This document shows positions 59,394 to 64,000 of a stretch of 64,000 bases of DNA, in pieces. The notes beneath the pieces were generated by a model that was not told where the DNA came from, did not search any database, and saw nothing but the letters and a program-made list of their open reading frames with translations. The DNA lies in contig JBPCLP010000041.1 in NCBI GenBank assembly GCA_051003195.1, forward strand, positions 1,997 to 65,996, read 5' to 3'. The stretch's first letter is position 1; each line of letters starts with the position of its first letter. The translations under genes were made by a program, and so were the position numbers. The stretch comes from Candidatus Sumerlaeaceae bacterium (GTDB lineage Bacteria; Sumerlaeota; Sumerlaeia; Sumerlaeales; Sumerlaeaceae).

Positions 59394-59636
59394 ATGCAGA
59401 AACCAAAACCCCGTACACGTCGCGACATCGAAAAGGCGTACCCGCGCGCCAGGTTCATTGAAAAACTCCGCCGCCTGGCTGATGCGCTGGAGACCGGAGC
59501 AACCTTTCGCATCCAGGTCGCAGGTGAGCGAATTACCATTCCCTCCAACGCCGTGATAAACATAGAGCACGAGCGCACCGGAGACGAAGAAGAGCTCGAG
59601 TTCCAGCTTAAGTGGAGCGCCTCGTCTGAAACATAA
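59394..59636 (+). CDS. Amphi-Trp domain-containing protein
   Basis: RDIEK.Y...F..KLRRLADALE.G..F.IQVAGERI..P..A...IEHER...EELEFQLKW; AGGAG upstream. Confidence 0.85.
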   Translation: MQKPKPRTRRDIEKAYPRARFIEKLRRLADALETGATFRIQVAGERITIPSNAVINIEHERTGDEEELEFQLKWSASSET

Positions 59637-59683
59637 AGAATTCCCATCCGGCACGCCATCCATTGAGTCGCGGATCATCGCCG

Positions 59684-60226
59684 CTATTTTCGCTCCAGCA
59701 CTGCGTGGGCGCCGAGATGCTGTTTAAGCCCTTTTTCAGAATCGAGCCAGTCCGCCGCCGTGCTATCACCCCTGACGTATGCATCAAAAAACGCAGTGGC
59801 ACCCGCGTTGATCAGCTCGTGAAACTTTGTGTCGCTGGATTCGCGCGCCGCGTTGACCCTGCGGCCGCTAAAGATCATGTGATCCCCACCTTCAAAGGTG
59901 ACGAGGTATTGGTGGCGCGCAGAGGTGTGATCATAGGGCAAACGCCGCTGCTCAGCGGCGGTGTCACCTATGGGACTGTCGTCCAACGTACCTGTCATGT
60001 GCATCACGGGTACCTTAACCTTGCTGTAAATCTCATCAAGCTGGTGATGACGTCTGGGTACCTCGCGATTGTGTCGGCTGGCATCGCTCCATGTCTTATC
60101 CAGCACTTCCACGAGCGCCGGGGAGCGGCTGAGCCACGGCGCGGTGGCCGCTCGGTATTTGTCGGGAGTAGCTGTATTCCCTGATAGCGACATTGCCAAC
60201 AGGTATGCGCTCAATCGGGATGTCAT
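59684..60226 (-). pseudogene. Alpha/beta hydrolase with apparent in-frame internal deletion
   Basis: GGAGG plus ATG 60226. N-terminal VEVLDKTWSDASRHNREVP is joined directly to C-terminal KVPVMHMTGTLDDSPIG...GGDHMIFSG...TAFFDAY. No GxSxG motif, only 180 aa. Confidence 0.55.
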
Positions 60227-60239
60227 CGCTTCGCCCTCC

Positions 60240-60429
60240 CAGGTGTGGTGTCCCCTTAATTCGTTCGCCGGTTTTGTGAGCCGTTCCAGAGATTCGCTAT
60301 ATATTTTCGGTTTCCGGCGCCCCTTCAGGGCGCGAAAAATGAGGTGCTGTAACCCAGGGCTGCGTCGGCCACAAAAAGCCGTGGCCTCCTTACCCTGGGC
60401 TGAGATCCGCTGCACCTTCGGTGCAAAAA
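60240..60429. mobile_element. Partial MITE end plus REP-like cargo (second copy)
   Basis: TGTGGTGTCCCCTTAATTCGTTCGCCGGTTTTGTGAGCCG resembles the copy-5 end. 60290-60429 matches 19943-20082 (about 12 mismatches in 140 by my count). Confidence 0.75.
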
Positions 60430-60640
60430 ACCTGAGGGCTGCGGATTCCGCCAGGTTGAGTGAAATCGGGCGAGTGGCCAATCCATTCGTTTAAATGCAT
60501 AAACTCCGGCACTGGCAGTTATAACGAACTGCTCCCACGACTCATTCGCTTACCCAACTTCCTGCTGCTCTTGCTGATTTGATTGCATCAACGGTGAGAA
60601 CGAAGTCGACTCAATTCGCGGATTTAAGGGTTGGTGGCGA

Positions 60641-61084
60641 GTGCGCTTATCTCGAGAGTCCAGACGTGGTTTAACGCTGGTTGAAGTTGTGTTCTCCATG
60701 GTGATTCTGCTGATAACAGGATTGGCCACGATCAGTGGAATCATCTTTACGCGACAATCGATGGAACTGGATAAGCAGCGGCTGACGGCGCTGAACTATT
60801 GCAGGCAGGCGATGGAAGCCGCGACAACTTTGGCGGACGTGGAGCCGGGCGTGAAGCCGCTTGTTCCTTTCAATGAACCCGGGCTGGTGATACCGGCCAA
60901 TGTGTCGGTGGAGTATTTTGCGATTCACGATGACGGGAAAGTGTCGTGGGGAAGTCCCCTGGCAGCGCGTCCGCCAGATCAGCCTGTATTTTGTCGCGTG
61001 ACAGTCGAGTGGTCTTCGATGGGCTCGGCGTCGCGGCCGCACCAGATTACGATGTGCAGTATCATACGGGCCGGCACAACTTGA
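60641..61084 (+). CDS. Type IV minor pilin/pseudopilin-like protein (PilV-like)
   Basis: Class III signal RRG-LTLVEVVFSMVILLI. Confidence 0.85.
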   Translation: MRLSRESRRGLTLVEVVFSMVILLITGLATISGIIFTRQSMELDKQRLTALNYCRQAMEAATTLADVEPGVKPLVPFNEPGLVIPANVSVEYFAIHDDGKVSWGSPLAARPPDQPVFCRVTVEWSSMGSASRPHQITMCSIIRAGTT

Positions 61085-61749
61085 TGGGCACGGTTGGCAT
61101 GATGCGGACTGCCTGGCGTTTGCGCGGGGCGACGCTAGTGGAAATGATGGTCGCCATGGGTATACTGACGTTCGTTTTTGCGTTTTCCGGTTTCATGCTG
61201 ATGATGATGAGCCGCAATGCTTATAACATCAATCGCCAGATTCGGGGACAGATAGCCTCGGCGAGTGCGGCGGAGCGGGCGACCAACCTGCTGCGTTCGG
61301 CGGCTTATTTTGCGCTCTGGCCGGCTGACCAGATCCTGGAAAATGCGACGGTGACGCGTGTGAGATTCGCAATGCCGGGCGCAGGGAGCGCCGTGACCAC
61401 GCACGTGCTTTGTTATAACCCGGTGAAGAAGCAGATGGAGTATTACGACAGTGAGAGCAAGGTGACTTTTCCAACATCGGACTCTGAGGGGCGGCCAATC
61501 CCCAGCGGGGCTCCAACGATGAAGTACATGAACATTTCGAATATGATGTTTAACTGGGAAACCGAGTATCGCGTTACGCTGCATATCTGGTATGAATATG
61601 CCGGTTACGCCCTAAAGCCTCCGGGTGTGGAGCGAAAGCAGTTTGGGCGCTTTGTGACGGACATTATCGCGCGCCGCCATTTCATGGACCAGGGGATTCA
61701 AAACTATGCGATCTCCGATATAGCAACTTCTTCGCCGGCGACGCTTTGA
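61084..61749 (+). CDS. Type IV minor pilin/pseudopilin-like protein (PilW-like)
   Basis: RG-ATLVEMMVAMGIL; TGATG overlap with the previous gene. Confidence 0.85.
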   Translation: MGTVGMMRTAWRLRGATLVEMMVAMGILTFVFAFSGFMLMMMSRNAYNINRQIRGQIASASAAERATNLLRSAAYFALWPADQILENATVTRVRFAMPGAGSAVTTHVLCYNPVKKQMEYYDSESKVTFPTSDSEGRPIPSGAPTMKYMNISNMMFNWETEYRVTLHIWYEYAGYALKPPGVERKQFGRFVTDIIARRHFMDQGIQNYAISDIATSSPATL

Positions 61750-61750
61750 T

Positions 61751-63685
61751 ATGAAGAGACAACGACATCAACGGGGCGCCGCGCTGATCTGGGTGCTGAT
61801 GCTGTCGGCACTTATGCTGCTGGGTGTCGCTTCCATGCTGGCTATGGTGAGGCATCTCGCGCGTTCCACCAATGATAAGGTGGCGTTTGAGGAATGCTTC
61901 CATGTGGCTACCGGTGGCATCCAGATGACGAACGCGTGGCTGTTGCGCGCGGACATGGCGAAGTCGCACCTGGGCGATTCTGTGGGCGGGGCGCTGGAGG
62001 CGATCACTTCGGGCGCAGTTAATCTGAGCACGGACGTGATCATCATCCCGGGCTACACGCTGGCTGCAATGAGTCCGCAACAGCAGGTGGCTGATTATTA
62101 TCAGAACAAGTACAACAGCTTTAGCGCGGCGGGCACCACGCTATCGGACGGCCGGCGTGTGCTTTATAGTTTCCCGGCGGTAAATGGGAAAATCATCGTG
62201 CTGCAAAACGACGCGCTGCAGTTGCAAACGTCGTCGCTGTTTGATCCAGCGGCACCACGGGCCAGAAGCTACATCAGTCAATTGCGCATAACCACGCCGT
62301 ATCCTGCCGGGGCAAGCGGATCGAATGCTGCAGGCCCGTACACGGGGGAGACTCTGGGGTTGCGGCGCACCTCACTGATTATTGAGGCGGAGGCGATCAC
62401 ATTGACGGCAGGCATCCGGAAGCGAAGGTTCATCCAACAGAAGGTGCTTGTGTCTCCTCCAGTAGAGGGGGCGCCGCCACTGAGCACTGGTGAGGCAATT
62501 GTGTCGGGGGCTGCGATGGCAGTGCAGGGTAGCTCGAGTCTCAATGTACACTGGGGTCCGGTCAAGGCCAAGGGCAACATCGCGCTGCTGGATATCGCCC
62601 CGCTGGATGTGGCGAACAAGAGGCTGACGTCGGCTAATAAGTTCTTCGGTGCAGGAATTGGAAACGAATACTGGCTGAAGTGGACGTGTACGGGCACGCT
62701 CTTCCAGCAGAATGGCTCAAACCAGGTTCCTCTTTTCCCGACATCGATTAACGGGCAGCCGGTGGTGGACTTTTTCGTCCAGTTGCTGAATGGGGATTTC
62801 GGTTCGGCCTGGACCAATGGGACGCTGCGTCTGGACGGCACGTATAATGAGGCTCACGTAAAGAGTATCACGAATCCAAATAATCCGTATGCATCCATCC
62901 TTACTGGCAATCCTACGACATCAGGCCATTACGCATTAGGAACTGGGGCGCTGTTGCAAAACTTTGCGCCGGTGGGGGTGGATGTCGACTATCTGATAAA
63001 TCATACTCTGGCGTATAATGCATGGAAGCAGTTTGCGATAAAACGTAATGGTTACGCACGTCCGCAACTGGCGAGCGGAAATATTACAGGCTATACGAAC
63101 TCGACTGGCCAGAAGCTATATGTGACTCCGAGCCGCACGCTGACTACGAATTCGGAGGGAAACATAGCATTTACGAACCTGGCCCAGATCAGCATGAAGT
63201 CTCTGGTTCCGAGTGGTGGCAGTACGATCAACCTGGCGGACCGAATCCTGTTTATCGATACACCAGAAGGAGTGGAAGGCGGAACGAAATTGACGGTGTC
63301 GCTGAGCAGTAATGACGCCTTTTTCTGGAAGGGGCTTATTTACCTGAATACCAACCTGCAAACGGCGGGCGGTGGAGCATTCCCGACGATTCTGTGCAAG
63401 AATCCGGATCAGTACCGGGCGGATCCAAGCGGTGCTACCGGAACACCGATCCAGAGCTGTTACCTGGACGGCATTGGCATGGTGACAGGGGCGCTGGCAC
63501 GGACGGGCAACGCGGCAATCTACGGAACGCTTGTGGCGAAGGGCGGTTATGGCGGATCAGGCGGGCCCGACATTTATTACAATAGCCGTAACGCCCATGG
63601 TTTGTTTAAAGGACTGGTTTCGCATGCCGCCACGTTCCAGATAGTAGAGGGACCTCTCCAGGAGATGAATCAATGGCCAGTCTAG
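61751..63685 (+). CDS. Large PilX-like protein
   Basis: QRG-AALIWVL (no Glu5, as in PilX), A.GGI...A, long Gly/Asn/Thr-rich beta region ending GLIY..IYGTLVAKG..IYYN. Confidence 0.78.
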   Translation: MKRQRHQRGAALIWVLMLSALMLLGVASMLAMVRHLARSTNDKVAFEECFHVATGGIQMTNAWLLRADMAKSHLGDSVGGALEAITSGAVNLSTDVIIIPGYTLAAMSPQQQVADYYQNKYNSFSAAGTTLSDGRRVLYSFPAVNGKIIVLQNDALQLQTSSLFDPAAPRARSYISQLRITTPYPAGASGSNAAGPYTGETLGLRRTSLIIEAEAITLTAGIRKRRFIQQKVLVSPPVEGAPPLSTGEAIVSGAAMAVQGSSSLNVHWGPVKAKGNIALLDIAPLDVANKRLTSANKFFGAGIGNEYWLKWTCTGTLFQQNGSNQVPLFPTSINGQPVVDFFVQLLNGDFGSAWTNGTLRLDGTYNEAHVKSITNPNNPYASILTGNPTTSGHYALGTGALLQNFAPVGVDVDYLINHTLAYNAWKQFAIKRNGYARPQLASGNITGYTNSTGQKLYVTPSRTLTTNSEGNIAFTNLAQISMKSLVPSGGSTINLADRILFIDTPEGVEGGTKLTVSLSSNDAFFWKGLIYLNTNLQTAGGGAFPTILCKNPDQYRADPSGATGTPIQSCYLDGIGMVTGALARTGNAAIYGTLVAKGGYGGSGGPDIYYNSRNAHGLFKGLVSHAATFQIVEGPLQEMNQWPV

Positions 63686-63710
63686 TTTCTGCCCGGGGAG
63701 AGCTCGTTCT

Positions 63711-64000
63711 ATGAACTGGTCCATATGGAGTGCTTCTTTGGTGGTGCAGATTATCGAGCTGATGCTGGCTGGCGCGTTATTCGGGCTTGGGCTTCGGGCG
63801 CGGCCCGATAGCGTCAAGCAGGAGGGCTCGGCAATTGGTCATATACTCGCGCTGTTGTTTCTTCTGTTGCCCGTGGGCCTGGCTGGATGGGTTTCCGCGC
63901 TGCTGGTACGCGGGAACCGGGCCCAGGATCTTGAATTCCTCGAACAGTTTCGGTCGACAAATTTTCTGGCTGCAGCCGGGGTGGTGCTGCTGCCTCAAGT
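63711..64000 (+). CDS. Hypothetical membrane protein (runs off the right edge)
   Basis: Manual translation MNWSIWSASLVVQIIELMLAGALFGLGL...LALLFLLLPVGLAGWVSALL.. is open to the window end; GGGGAG upstream. Confidence 0.55.
   Translation, partial: MNWSIWSASLVVQIIELMLAGALFGLGLRARPDSVKQEGSAIGHILALLFLLLPVGLAGWVSALLVRGNRAQDLEFLEQFRSTNFLAAAGVVLLPQ

Overview
Bacterial chromosomal window of moderately high GC, densely coding (about 50 CDSs). I found no rRNA, tRNA, CRISPR array or intact transposase/integrase. Housekeeping genes: alaS (runs off the left edge), rluD, cinA, galT, citrate synthase, aroQ, eno, pcm. Envelope and amino-sugar genes: GH20 hexosaminidase, NagB-like and PIG-L genes, a BadF-type kinase, anmK, dacB, a VanY-type peptidase and several glycosyltransferases. 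Also a MoxR-DUF58-membrane protein triad, a five-gene signalling run (RsbU-, RsbV-, RsbW-like, histidine kinase, TPR-Ser/Thr kinase) and a minor-pilin-like cluster at the right end. A LolA-like gene, a sigma54 activator and pilins suggest a diderm organism. Sumerlaeota/PVC-like affinity is only my impression. Main signals that the ORF track misses or truncates: (1) a ~100-bp MITE-like repeat family (6 full copies plus 2 composite elements carrying a REP-like cargo), with matching CTAG/CTGG/CCAG flanks and covarying hairpin arms, three copies docked exactly on TAG stop codons; (2) a stand-alone PilT N-terminal-domain gene with a probable CTG start; (3) a ~70-aa acidic insertion in AlaS; (4) a start-less 3' remnant resembling a phosphofructokinase gene at the edge of a disturbed accessory region (58.0-60.5 kb); (5) recurrent Thr-Thr/Thr-Ser motifs in exported proteins. 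All family assignments come from motif recognition by eye, not database searches.
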